A DNA stretch of 63,404 nt, from NCBI RefSeq assembly GCF_021028975.2, contig NC_059438.1, positions 36,332,001-36,395,404 of the forward strand, read 5' to 3'. The notes beneath the pieces were generated by a model. It did not search any database and was not told the DNA's origin. It saw only the letters and a list, made by a program, of their open reading frames with translations. Each line of letters begins with the position of its first letter. Positions within the stretch are counted from its first letter, which is position 1. Below, piece by piece: positions 61,831-63,404 of the stretch. A program made the translations under genes and the position numbers. Source of the DNA: Sphaerodactylus townsendi (taxonomy: Eukaryota).

Positions 61831-62974
61831 CCCAGCTCCAGGAAGTACCGACTCAGTGGATATTCACCATGAAGGGTCCTTCCCCAGGGAAGGCATCTTG
61901 GCCTTTCCAGGTAATCTAGTGTTCCAACTTATTGTTCATCTATTGCTCCAACAAGTTACACTATAGATAACTATCTATTTCTACACTACCCCATCCCCAG
62001 TTCCTCTAGCATAGGGGTCGGCACCCTGCAGGCTGTAGCAGAACACTATAACCTCTTTGGGAAGGGGAGCCACTGCGGAGGGCTCCCCAAGAGCGTGCTA
62101 ATGCGTCCCTAGAGCGTTGTAACGCAGAGCCTGCTAACCTCCGAGAGGGTTGCAACGCAGAGCCTGCTAACCCTCCTCCGAGGAGCCCTCAGCAGCGGCT
62201 CCCCTTCCCAAAGAGGCCCCAACACGCCATATTATAGCAACTCTAACCTGAGAAATGCCGCGTTGTGGGGGGTGGTTGGGCTTGTAATTCACACCTTTGG
62301 CCACTGGAGGGCAGCAGCAGCAGCATCCCCAGCGGCTCCCCTGCCCAAAGAGGCTCGGACACGCCACAACCTCGACGTGGGGCCTCGTGCGAAGACGACA
62401 CCCTGGGTGCTCTCGGCTCCATCGTCCAAACGGGCTGCCAAGCTCAAAGAGGCGCGGGAAGATAGCGGAATCCCCCGTAACATCCACGTGCGGCCTCCTG
62501 CGAAGGGGGCGGTCAGCGTGATGTGGTGGTGGGGGCTCTCCCGAGCACTGTGGGGCAGATTCCACTCAGCTGGGGCACCCGATCAGGACGGAGGGGAGGG
62601 GGGTCCCGGGGGAGCCAGGCCAAGTTGGGGGGGGGGGGGGGCTTTGAAGCCAATGATGGGGGCCCCTCCCCTCCCGCCCACGCCTCCAGGGTGACAGGGA
62701 GTCCCGAGAGAGAGCACTTGATTAGACCTGCGCCCTTCCTCCTCCTCCTCCCTCCTCCTCCACACCCTTGGTTGGTAGCAGTGCCATGAGAGCAGGGAAG
62801 CGTCCAGGGGTCCCCCTGAGCCAAGTGGCCGGTGGGGAGAAGGAGGGGGCCCTTCTGCAGGGTTGGTGGCGGCTGCTGCTGCTGCTGGAGGGTCGTCGTC
62901 CTCGGTGGGGGGACTCGGGCCGCCCTCCCTCCCTCCCTCGCTGGCTTTGATGGACGGGGAGGGGCTGTCAGTGG

Positions 62975-63391
62975 CCGGGGCATAACGAGGCAAACTGGAG
63001 CCCTCGGCAAAACCTGAGTGGCCACCCCACCAGGACCAATTTTTTTTTTGCACCAGGTCATTGGTGCATGCAGAGGGTGCATTTTTAAATGTATAGGCAC
63101 CAAAAATTCAGCGTATCATCAGGAGACTGTCCTGACGCAACCCCTCAATTTTGGTGCAGTTTGGTTCAGGGGGGCCAAAGTTATGGACCCTCAAAAGGAT
63201 AGCCCCCATCTCCTTAGCTCCCATTGGAAAGAATGGGAGATGGGGCACCCCCTTTGAGAATCCATAACTGCAGGCCAAAATGTAAAAAAACAACAAAAAA
63301 TAAAACCGGATTGTTCACATGCCCCCACGCGACTCAAGATTCCGATGCCCTGGGCAATGGCCCAAACTGCCCAATGGATGTTACGCCCCTG
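62975..63391. mobile_element. Family-2-related DNA element
   Basis: Termini CCGGGGCATAAC / GTTACGCCCCTG; internal sequence shared with the copy at 49968. Confidence 0.7.
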
Positions 63392-63404
63392 ATTCGGAGG
63401 CATA

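Noticed and set aside
62167-63103. Pro/Gly-rich ORFs
   Set aside because: They are low-complexity GC-rich translations with no recognisable protein.

Overview
This is vertebrate genomic DNA. The repeat repertoire (Sauria SINE, a tRNA-derived SINE with a (TTC)n tail, CR1, L2, DIRS, Penelope, hAT/Harbinger/pogo MITEs, Helitrons) points to a squamate, probably a gecko (inference). Four N-gaps (12144-12227, 30775-30867, 32837-32995, 50612-50701) split the window. From 1-30 kb there are five clustered-protocadherin variable exons on the minus strand: two beta-like genes, each interrupted by one small frameshift, and three gamma-A-like genes, one truncated by a gap. Each has a CTCF/CSE promoter element. 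From 31-50 kb there are two distinct tandem G6PC1-like paralogs on the minus strand, with exons 1-4 of one and exons 4-5 of the other; the remaining exons are absent at gaps. From 51-61 kb lie the last exon of RUNDC1 and a complete RPL27 gene on the plus strand. The protocadherin/G6PC adjacency and the gamma-before-beta order both fall at gaps and are most simply explained as scaffolding artefacts. I found no convincing novel biological system. The most interesting observations are the G6PC1 duplication, the frameshifted beta genes, and nested or chimeric transposons, some carrying CTCF-like motifs.
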